This document shows, piece after piece, positions 1 to 12,804 of a stretch of 12,804 nt of DNA. Under the pieces are notes generated by a model. The model was not told where the DNA came from, did no database searches, and saw nothing but the letters and a program-made list of their open reading frames with translations. The DNA is from an uncultured Dictyoglomota bacterium (GTDB lineage Bacteria > Dictyoglomota > Dictyoglomia > Dictyoglomales > Dictyoglomaceae), in NCBI GenBank assembly GCA_964654465.1, contig CAZZIO010000056.1:1-12804 (forward strand), read 5' to 3'. The position numbers and the translations under genes were made by a program. Every line of letters begins with the position of its first letter. Position 1 is the stretch's first letter.

Positions 1-111
1 TTCTAAGATTTCCAATAATGGCTCTTTTTTCTGAGAAATTTCCGTTTTTGCACATCCAGATATTATTAGTATAGATAATATAATAACTGTAACGATTAAT
101 TTTTTAGCCAT
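1..111 (-). CDS. Lipoprotein, 5' part only (runs off the left edge); function unknown
   Basis: Manual translation from ATG at 111 on the minus strand gives MAKKLIVTVIILSILIISGCAKTEISQKKEPLLEILE with no stop to base 1. It has a basic N-region, a hydrophobic H-region and a lipobox I-S-G-C (Cys20). An SD-like GGGTGA lies 6 nt upstream. Not in the ORF track. Confidence 0.8.
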   Translation of the reverse strand, partial: MAKKLIVTVIILSILIISGCAKTEISQKKEPLLEILE

Positions 112-363
112 GTTAATTCACCCATTTTGTTTTTTTATAAAAGTTTATTAAATCTCTTAATAATCTTCAAACATGAATTTTAAAGAATTTAAGGAAAAAT
201 TTTCTGTAGTTGGAAATGAAATTTAATACATCAGCTAATTTTCTTATGATTAAAATTTTTAAAAATTAATTAATATATTGAGAAAACTTGGAATTTTTGT
301 GTCAATATAAATAAGATAAATAAGAAAAAATTTTAAGATTTTAATGTTTTTTATTTATAAGTC

Positions 364-372
364 TGATATACT
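364..372 (+). promoter_or_regulatory. Candidate extended -10 promoter element (TGaTATACT) for the tldD unit
   Basis: TG-n-TATACT at 364-372, about 55 nt upstream of the tldD ATG. No convincing -35 hexamer, and the AT-rich context raises the chance of a false match. Confidence 0.35.
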
Positions 373-425
373 CTTTAAGAATAGGTTTGAAGATAATTTT
401 TCAAGAAAAAAGGAGGGAAAAGTGA

Positions 426-1787
426 ATGTTTGATATGCTAAGGGGGATTATTTCAAAAGTTTCAGCAGATTATGTGGATATAAGATATGAGAAGGTGTGG
501 GAAACAAAGATTGTTATGAATAAGAGGGAGATATATCAACTCGGAGAAAATTCTGGTGATGGGTATGTAGTAAGAGTATTGAAAGATGGAGGATTTTCCT
601 CTATTGCTTTTACAAAGTTGGAAGATGCTGAAAAGGCTTTAAAAATTGCCTTAGAGAATGCTATTTTAATTTCAAAGAATTCAAAGAAAAAAGTTAAATT
701 GGCAGAGGTTGAAGTAGTCAAAGATATTTTTATTCCACCTCTTGATGAAGATCCAAGAAAGATATCTATAGATGAAAAATTAGAACTTTTAAAGCACTAT
801 AATGAAATTCCTTTGAAGTTTGATAATATAACTACAAATCTTCATTATTGGGAGGTAATAAGGGAGAAATATTTTGTTAGTTCTGAAGGAACAGAGATAA
901 GAGAAGATCTTATTACATGTGAAATAAGAGGTTCCTTGATAAGTTTTGAAGGGTCTCTTGTACAGAATGTAAGGGTAGGAATAGGTGGAAGTACAGGATT
1001 TCATAAACTAAGAAATAGGGAGGATGTTTTTGAGAAGAAAACAAAGATTGTACTTGATCTTTTAAAGGCCGAGCCTGTAAAAGCAGGTGTATACAATGTG
1101 ATTCTTAATCCTGATATGGCAGGGGTTTTTACTCACGAAGCTTTTGGGCATTTTTCAGAAGCAGATCTTATAGAGGATAATCCATCTATGAGAGAAAAAA
1201 TGAAGATTGGAGCTAAGCTTGGAAATGAGATCTTAACCATAATTGATGATCCTACCATGCCTGGACAATTAGGTTTTTATAAATATGATGATGAGGGAGT
1301 AAGGGCAAGGAGGACATATCTTTTGAAAGATGGTATTCTTTCAGGAAGACTTCATTCAAGAAGGACCTCTGCTGAATTTGGTGAACCTGTAACAGGACAT
1401 TGTGTAGCAGAAGATTATAGATATGCTCCTATAGTAAGGATGGGAAATATATTTATAGAGCCTAAGGATATGACCTTTGAAGAGCTACTGGAAAAGTTAG
1501 GAGATGGTCTTTATATTCTGGATGCAAAGGGTGGCCAAACTTCTGGAGAAAACTTTACTTTTGGAGCTCAATATGGCTTTGAAGTAAAAAATGGAAAGAT
1601 AGGGAAGATGATAAGAGATATTAATATTTCAGGTAATCTATATCAAACCTTAAAGGACATTGTGGGAGTGGGTAATGATTTTGAGCTTGGAGAAGTTGGA
1701 GGATGTGGAAAAGGCCAATTAAATATAAGATCTTGTCATGGTGGTCCCCATATTCTTGTTAATAATGTGGTCATAGGAGGTGTATAA
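426..1787 (+). CDS. tldD: TldD-family metalloprotease, catalytic subunit (TldD/PmbA family)
   Basis: 453 aa. Contains the HExxxH metal motif (FTHEAFGHFSEAD), IIDDPT...YDDEGV, the PIVRMGN motif and a C-terminal CGKGQ with the conserved Cys ligand. SD AGGAGG at 411-416. Confidence 0.93.
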   Translation: MFDMLRGIISKVSADYVDIRYEKVWETKIVMNKREIYQLGENSGDGYVVRVLKDGGFSSIAFTKLEDAEKALKIALENAILISKNSKKKVKLAEVEVVKDIFIPPLDEDPRKISIDEKLELLKHYNEIPLKFDNITTNLHYWEVIREKYFVSSEGTEIREDLITCEIRGSLISFEGSLVQNVRVGIGGSTGFHKLRNREDVFEKKTKIVLDLLKAEPVKAGVYNVILNPDMAGVFTHEAFGHFSEADLIEDNPSMREKMKIGAKLGNEILTIIDDPTMPGQLGFYKYDDEGVRARRTYLLKDGILSGRLHSRRTSAEFGEPVTGHCVAEDYRYAPIVRMGNIFIEPKDMTFEELLEKLGDGLYILDAKGGQTSGENFTFGAQYGFEVKNGKIGKMIRDINISGNLYQTLKDIVGVGNDFELGEVGGCGKGQLNIRSCHGGPHILVNNVVIGGV

Positions 1788-1788
1788 A

Positions 1789-3099
1789 ATGTTAGATAGA
1801 TTGATGGATATGACTAAAAAATATACAGATGAGGTGGAAATATATTATATAGATTATTCTGTTTCAAATATATCTTTTGAAAATGGTAGTTTAAAAGATA
1901 TAGAAAGTAGTATGCAATCAGGAATATCTCTTAGAATTATAAAAGATGGAAAATTGGGTTTTTCTTATACAAAAAATCTCATAGATCCAGAACTTCTTAT
2001 ACAAAATGCAATCCATTCTTTAAAGGGAGATGTAAAAGTAGAGTTCCATTTTCCAGAAAGAAAAGGTATTAAAAGTTTGAATACTTATGATCCAGAGATA
2101 GAAAACCTTACAAATACTCAGATGGTGGAGGAAGGAAAAAGAATTTCTGAGATATTATCTCATAAAACTGGTACTCAGATAAATGTAGGTCTTCATAAAG
2201 CAGTTACAAATTTAAGGATATTGAATAGCAAAGGAGTAGATTATTCTGTTAAGACTTCTGTATATTATTGTCATGCAGAAGCTATGTATCCAGGCTCCTA
2301 CTCTGCTATAGTTAGGTTAGTTGTAGATAAAAAGTTTAGAGAATTTTCTCAAGAAGACATTGATTATATTGCCTTTTTATACAATAGTTCTAAAAAAGAG
2401 GTAAGACCCAAGGGTGGAAAAATGAAGGTATTATTCTTACCAAGTACCATGTATGTGCTAATGTGGAGACTAATTTTTGCTACTAATGGTAAGAATGTCT
2501 ATGAAAAAACTACGCCTTTATTAGGAAAAATTGGAGAGCAAATCTTTGATACTTCAATAACCATATATGATGATCCTTTGAATGATCTTTTACCAAATGC
2601 AAGAAGCTTTGATGATGAAGGAGTTGAATGTAAAGTATTGCCTATTGTTGAAAATGGAATTCTGAGAAACTTCTATTATGATCTTTATTATGCTGGAAAG
2701 ATGAATACAAATTCTACAGGACATGGTTATAGAGCAGGAGACTGGGGACAAGAAAGTATAAGAGTAAGGCCATCTCCTTCTTTAGAGCATCTCTATATGC
2801 AAACAGGAGATAAAAACTTCTACGATCTTATAAGATTAATAGATAAAGGCATTATAGTGGCAGGAGCTTTAGGTGCCCATAGCGGAAATATCCCTAATGG
2901 AGATTTCTCTATCGGACTTTCTCCTGGATTATATGTAGAAAATGGAGAGATTGTAGGACATGTGAAAGATTCTATGGTAGCTGGAAATATTTATGAGGTT
3001 ATGAAAAATGTGGTAGGTATAGAAAACAGGGCATATGTATACAGCATGGGAGTTTTTCCATCAGTTCTCTTTGATAATGTAAGTGTGGCGATAAAATAG
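1789..3099 (+). CDS. pmbA: TldE/PmbA-family protein, non-catalytic partner of TldD
   Basis: Same fold signatures (IYDDPL, SFDDEGV, STGHG, GDFS, MVAGNIYE) but no HExxxH; adjacent to tldD. Start placed at ATG 1789 rather than GTG 1780 because SD GGAGG (1776-1780) sits 8 nt before 1789. Confidence 0.88.
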   Translation: MLDRLMDMTKKYTDEVEIYYIDYSVSNISFENGSLKDIESSMQSGISLRIIKDGKLGFSYTKNLIDPELLIQNAIHSLKGDVKVEFHFPERKGIKSLNTYDPEIENLTNTQMVEEGKRISEILSHKTGTQINVGLHKAVTNLRILNSKGVDYSVKTSVYYCHAEAMYPGSYSAIVRLVVDKKFREFSQEDIDYIAFLYNSSKKEVRPKGGKMKVLFLPSTMYVLMWRLIFATNGKNVYEKTTPLLGKIGEQIFDTSITIYDDPLNDLLPNARSFDDEGVECKVLPIVENGILRNFYYDLYYAGKMNTNSTGHGYRAGDWGQESIRVRPSPSLEHLYMQTGDKNFYDLIRLIDKGIIVAGALGAHSGNIPNGDFSIGLSPGLYVENGEIVGHVKDSMVAGNIYEVMKNVVGIENRAYVYSMGVFPSVLFDNVSVAIK

Positions 3100-3120
3100 T
3101 AATTTTAATGGGGGTATTTT

Positions 3121-4113
3121 ATGATTTACTTAGCAAATCCAAGTAGATATGAGAATATGATTTATAGAAGGTGCGGAAAGAGTGGTTTAAAATTACCTGT
3201 GATATCTTTGGGTTTCTGGCATAATTTTGGTTATAATGATTCTTTTGAAAATATGAGAGAGATGGTAAAGAAGGCTTTTGATCTTGGTATTACCCATTTT
3301 GATCTTGCTAATAACTATGGGCCACCTCCTGGATCTGCAGAAGAAAATTTTGGAAGAATTTTAAAAATTGATCTAAAAGGTTATAGAGATGAAGTTGTGA
3401 TTTCCACAAAGGCTGGATATAAGATGTGGGATGGACCATATGGAGATTGGGGAAGTAAAAAGTATCTTATAGCAAGTCTTGATCAAAGTTTAAAGAGAAT
3501 GAATTTAGATTACATAGACATTTTTTATCATCACAGACCAGATCCAGAGACACCTATAGAAGAGACTATGGAGGCTCTTTATCAAATTGTAAGACAGGGC
3601 AAAGCTCTTTATGTAGGCATATCAAATTATGGACCTGAAGAAACAAAATTAGCTTATGAAACCCTTTCAAAAATGGGAGTAAAGATAATTGTGAATCAGA
3701 TTTTGTATAACATGTTCTTTAGATATCCAGAGGAAAAATTGTTTCCTGTAATGGAAGACCTGGGAATAGGGGCTACTATTTTTTCTCCATTGGCACAAGG
3801 ACTTCTTACTGAAAAATACTTATGGGGTATTCCTGATGACTCGAGGGTTAAAAAATCAGGTGTGTTTTTAAAAGAAAGTGATATTACTCCTGAAAGGATT
3901 GAAAAGGTTAAAAAACTTTCAGAGATAGCCAAAGAAAGAGGACAAAGTGTTGCTCAACTTGCCTTAGCATGGGTGTTAAGAAAAAAGGTAGTAACTTCTG
4001 TTATCATAGGTGCAAGTAAACCGTCTCAGATAGAAGAAAATGTTAATAGTATAAAGAATTTAGATTTTTCTGATGATGAATTAAGAAAGATAGATGAAAT
4101 ATTAAAGGGATAA
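3121..4113 (+). CDS. mgrA: Aldo/keto reductase, YghZ/Gpr/MgrA type (L-glyceraldehyde 3-phosphate / methylglyoxal reductase-like)
   Basis: 330 aa. Subfamily signatures YRRCGKSGLKLP, LGFWHNFG, FDLANNYGPPPGSAEENFG (catalytic Asp/Tyr), STKAGY (Lys), DIFYHHR (His), SPLAQGLLT and IIGAS. Confidence 0.9.
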   Translation: MIYLANPSRYENMIYRRCGKSGLKLPVISLGFWHNFGYNDSFENMREMVKKAFDLGITHFDLANNYGPPPGSAEENFGRILKIDLKGYRDEVVISTKAGYKMWDGPYGDWGSKKYLIASLDQSLKRMNLDYIDIFYHHRPDPETPIEETMEALYQIVRQGKALYVGISNYGPEETKLAYETLSKMGVKIIVNQILYNMFFRYPEEKLFPVMEDLGIGATIFSPLAQGLLTEKYLWGIPDDSRVKKSGVFLKESDITPERIEKVKKLSEIAKERGQSVAQLALAWVLRKKVVTSVIIGASKPSQIEENVNSIKNLDFSDDELRKIDEILKG

Positions 4114-4147
4114 AAGGGGAGGAAATATATTTCCCTCCCCCCTTTTA
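4111..4147. terminator. Bidirectional intrinsic terminator between the convergent AKR and CBM-lipoprotein genes
   Basis: Imperfect inverted repeat TAAAAGGGGAGGAAATA / TATTTCCCTCCCCCCTTTTA, flanked by A- and T-tracts, filling the gap between two facing stop codons (4113 and 4151). Confidence 0.75.
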
Positions 4148-4150
4148 CTT

Positions 4151-4738
4151 TTAATTTTCTTCTAATTCTACGTTATCCAGATAAATTGTAGTTGCAATAC
4201 TTTTTTCACTTATTTTGCCCATATCAAAAACTATTATGTGGGCATCTTTTTTGGGGGTAAATTCCCATTCAAACTTTTGCATCTCAGTGGTAAGGTCAAA
4301 AACTTTTTGTTCTACTATTTCCCATGTTTGATCTTGAATAGCTCTTATCTGTAGATCTCTCGGATTATCGGCCTTTGCTTCAAAAGTAATTTTATACTTC
4401 TTATTAGCAGAGAGTGGTACATGACTTCCAAATTGTATATGCCAGAAAGCATCGCCGGGATTCTTGATCTTTACATAAAATACTCCATTTTTAGCACCAT
4501 ATTCTTCTACTTCTGCTGTTCCTTGTACTACAATATACCAATTAGATGGTGTAGAAAACGTGATAGATTCATCAAAGATGCCTAATTTTGTTACATTCAC
4601 AACTTTTGCTGTACCTTCTGGGGTCTTTACTTCAGTAACTGCTTGTTCAGTCTCTTTTGATGTTGTCGGGGCACCTGCACATCCAGCAACAAATAAAGTA
4701 AAAGCTAAAATTAGTAATAGCACATAAAACTTTTTCAT
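4151..4738 (-). CDS. Lipoprotein with a single carbohydrate-binding module (CBM4/9-like, galactose-binding-like fold), no catalytic domain
   Basis: Signal peptide II MKKFYVLLLILAFTLFVAG|C (lipobox VAGC), then a Thr/Ala/Glu-rich linker. CBM_4_9-like motifs follow: GDAFWHIQF, YKITFEAKA..PR, LTTEMQKFEWEFT, VFDMG, IYLDNVEL. SD AAAAGGGGG upstream. Confidence 0.8.
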   Translation of the reverse strand: MKKFYVLLLILAFTLFVAGCAGAPTTSKETEQAVTEVKTPEGTAKVVNVTKLGIFDESITFSTPSNWYIVVQGTAEVEEYGAKNGVFYVKIKNPGDAFWHIQFGSHVPLSANKKYKITFEAKADNPRDLQIRAIQDQTWEIVEQKVFDLTTEMQKFEWEFTPKKDAHIIVFDMGKISEKSIATTIYLDNVELEEN

Positions 4739-4761
4739 AGTATAAACCCCCTTTTAAAAAA

Positions 4762-4775
4762 TGTAAAAGGTTACA
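4762..4775. promoter_or_regulatory. Putative LacI-family/cre-like operator TGTAA-AAGG-TTACA
   Basis: 14-bp palindrome with perfect 5-bp arms, one mismatch from TGWAANCGNTNWCA. It lies between the predicted promoter and the start codon of the CBM lipoprotein gene. Confidence 0.45.
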
Positions 4776-4850
4776 AAGGAGTTTAAAAAAATAAAAATTT
4801 TCTCTTTTCTTTTACACCTCCCTTTCCTCTTAAGCTTTTAATTTGTACAT

Positions 4851-4879
4851 AGTATAATACTTTTCTCCTCTCTTATCAA
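4851..4879 (-). promoter_or_regulatory. Sigma70-type promoter for the CBM lipoprotein gene
   Basis: On the minus strand, TTGATA (4879-4874), a 17-nt spacer, then TATACT (4856-4851). Implies a start near 4844 and a leader of about 105 nt. Confidence 0.65.
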
Positions 4880-4956
4880 GTTATTGATTAATTGTGTTAT
4901 TTATAAAATTTAAAGTGTAACTAATAACAATTAAAAACCCTTAATATTTTTTTAAT

Positions 4957-4985
4957 TTGACATAGATTTTCGAGGTTAATAAAAT
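4957..4985 (+). promoter_or_regulatory. Sigma70-type promoter of the hydrogenase operon
   Basis: TTGACA (4957-4962), a 17-nt spacer, then TAAAAT (4980-4985). Predicted start near 4991-4992; SD AGGAG at 5024-5028 precedes ATG 5035. Confidence 0.78.
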
Positions 4986-4988
4986 ATA

Positions 4989-5020
4989 TTGTGAAAAAAA
5001 TAACGTTAAAAAATGAACAA
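4989..5020. promoter_or_regulatory. Two overlapping Rex-operator-like sites
   Basis: TTGTGAA-AAAA-ATAACGT (4989-5006) and ACGTTAA-AAAA-TGAACAA (5003-5020) resemble the Rex consensus TTGT[GT]AA-N4-TT[AC]ACAA. They cover the predicted transcription start of an operon that ends in rex. Confidence 0.6.
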
Positions 5021-5034
5021 TATAGGAGTAGAAT

Positions 5035-6655
5035 ATGGATAAGCTTATCTTAACACAAGAGATCAATTGTCAATATTGTTATAAATGTCTCAGGAATTGT
5101 CCTGTAAAAGCCATAAGGTTTAATAAAGGTAAATCATCAGTTATAGATGATGATTGTGTATACTGTGGTACATGTATTGAGATATGTCCACAACATGCCA
5201 GGATCTATAGAACTGATGTAGAAGATTTAGAAAAATATATTGATAAACCTTTTCTTATATCCATAGCTCCATCATTCTTTGCCCATTTTGATCAACCTTT
5301 TAAAGTTATTACCTTTTTAAGAAAATTAGGAGCAACATATATACAAGAGACTTCCTTAGGTGCGGATATGGTTTCCTTTTACTATAAAAAATATGTCAAT
5401 TTAAGAAAAGGTAAAACTTCTATAAGTACAGCCTGTCCTGTAGTATACGAATTAGCAGAGAAATATTATCCTGAGGTTATACCTTATCTTTTACCCTTCT
5501 TATCTCCCATGAATGTACATGCTCTATATATGAAAAAGTATTTTGGCGATTTTCCTGTGATATATTTAGGGCCTTGTATAGCAAAAAAGAAAGATGGGGA
5601 AAATTATGTGGATCTTATATTAACTTTTGAAGAATTAGATATTTTTATTAAGAAAAATAATATTGATATAGATTCTTTTGAAGAATCATTTCCTAATGCT
5701 CCATTCCCTGAAAGAGCCCGAATATATCCAATAAGTGGGGGTATTAATTCAACTCTTGATGGTAATTGGGAGAATCATTTAGTGGTTGAGGGAGTAGATA
5801 ACATTATTAGGCTTTTTGAGAAGATTAATAATTATGGAGAAGGATTTTTTGTGGAGGCATCAGCCTGTTTTGGTGGGTGTATTAATGGACCTGCTATTAG
5901 GAAAGATCTAACTCTTTTGGAAAAGAGAAGAAGGATCATATCTTATACTGAAAAGATGAAAAGTTTAGAAGGAGAGGTAATTAATTGGGAAGATATAGAC
6001 TTAAATATAAGAAAGAGATTTGAACCCCAAAAGAAAGTTATAGATATTCCTGAGGAAAAGATAAAGGCAGTTTTAAGAGAGATGGGGAAGGATAATCCTA
6101 AGAAGGAACTCAATTGTGGGGCTTGTGGATATGCTACATGTAGGGATAAGGCTATAGCAGTTATTTTGGGGAAAGCTGAAAAGGAGATGTGTATTACCTA
6201 TCTTTTAGATAAAGTAAGCTCTGTAAGTAATGCTATTATAGAAAATTTTCCGAGTATTGTAATTATATATAAAGATAACACTTTACTTTATCTAAATCCA
6301 TTTGGGGAGAAATTCTTTGAGGATAAATCACCTCTTTTAGATTACGTCCTTGAGGAGATCGAATCGGGTAAAAATCCATTAGAAATATTAATTGATGATA
6401 AGAGATATGTTTTCTTTATAAAAACTTTTATACTTCCTGATCAGTCAGGAAAGGTATCTTTACTTATTGATATTACAGGTGAAAAGGAAAAGGAAGAAGA
6501 ATTAAACCTCCTTAAAAAGGAAAGTATGGAGAAGATCGAAGAAGTAATTAACAGACAAATGCTTCTTGCTCAAGAAATTGCTAGTCTTCTTGGTGAATCT
6601 ATAGCAGAGACTAAAAGTTATTTTGCTAAATTTAAGGAGTTTTTGAAAAAAGAAA

Positions 6656-6669
<14 letters not shown>
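5035..6669 (+). CDS. hydS: Putative sensory [FeFe]-hydrogenase (group C, HydS/HfsB type) with C-terminal FeS and PAS-like domains
   Basis: N-terminal 2x[4Fe-4S] motifs (CQYCYKCLRNCP, CVYCGTCIEICP). H-cluster motifs carry group C substitutions: APSF, ISTACP, LGPCIAKK, EASACFGGCINGP. An extra FeS motif NCGACGYATC...EMC is followed by a PAS-like segment ending in DIT and a coiled-coil tail (RQMLLAQEIASLLGE). Confidence 0.9.
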
Positions 6670-12791
<6,122 letters not shown>

Positions 12792-12804
12792 ATATTTTAT
12801 CTGC

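Noticed and set aside
254..267. Perfect 14-bp palindrome AATTTTTAAAAATT and nearby short direct repeats (TAAATAAGA x2 at 308-325)
   Set aside because: Almost entirely A/T in a very AT-rich intergenic region, so expected by chance; no recognisable operator motif.
277..305. Minus-strand TTGACA (305-300) as a -35 for the left-edge lipoprotein gene
   Set aside because: No acceptable -10 hexamer at 16-18 nt spacing.
112..425. Possible RiPP precursor peptide next to tldD/tldE
   Set aside because: No small ORF with an SD and precursor-like composition was found, and no modification enzymes are in the window.
536..1004. Minus-strand ORFs 536-721 and 789-1004
   Set aside because: Antisense shadows of tldD with no motifs or SD.
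1780..1788. GTG 1780 as the start of tldE/pmbA
   Set aside because: The GTG overlaps the SD itself; ATG 1789 is correctly spaced from GGAGG.
3696..3932. Minus-strand 78-aa ORF
   Set aside because: Antisense shadow of the AKR gene.
4588..4602. TTGTTAC-A-TTCACAA, Rex-like half-sites inside the CBM gene
   Set aside because: Spacer is 1 nt instead of 4 and the site is intragenic.
4830..4850. Minus-strand mini-ORF MYKLKA as a leader peptide
   Set aside because: Its ATG immediately follows the predicted -10 box and lies upstream of the predicted transcription start.
4913..4930. Additional Rex-like site AAGTGTA-ACTA-ATAACAA upstream of the -35
   Set aside because: Only one good half-site in an AT-rich context; too weak to call without a matrix score.

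Overview
AT-rich bacterial DNA from an anaerobic, H2-producing, probably thermophilic fermenter. The gene content is Thermotoga-like, and Dictyoglomus is a plausible but unverified source. From left to right: (1) the 5' end of a divergently transcribed lipoprotein gene (1-111, minus strand, missed by the ORF track); (2) a tldD - tldE/pmbA - aldo/keto reductase (YghZ/MgrA-type) unit ending in a bidirectional terminator; (3) a convergent stand-alone CBM4/9-like lipoprotein gene with its own sigma70 promoter and a LacI-like palindrome; (4) a tightly packed six-gene hydrogenase operon behind a near-consensus promoter, encoding a PAS-bearing sensory [FeFe]-hydrogenase HydS, a SpoIIE/PP2C phosphatase, the trimeric electron-bifurcating HydC-HydB-HydA, and Rex. 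The operon layout matches the known T. maritima hydS-phosphatase-hydCBA-rex locus, so it is not a new system in itself, although its signalling output is poorly understood. The most notable sequence-level observations are two overlapping Rex-like boxes forming one 40-bp dyad over the operon start site, a shortened PAS domain in HydS, an atypical Rex wing motif, and a possibly structured leader on the CBM lipoprotein gene. No mobile elements, CRISPR arrays or RNA genes were seen.
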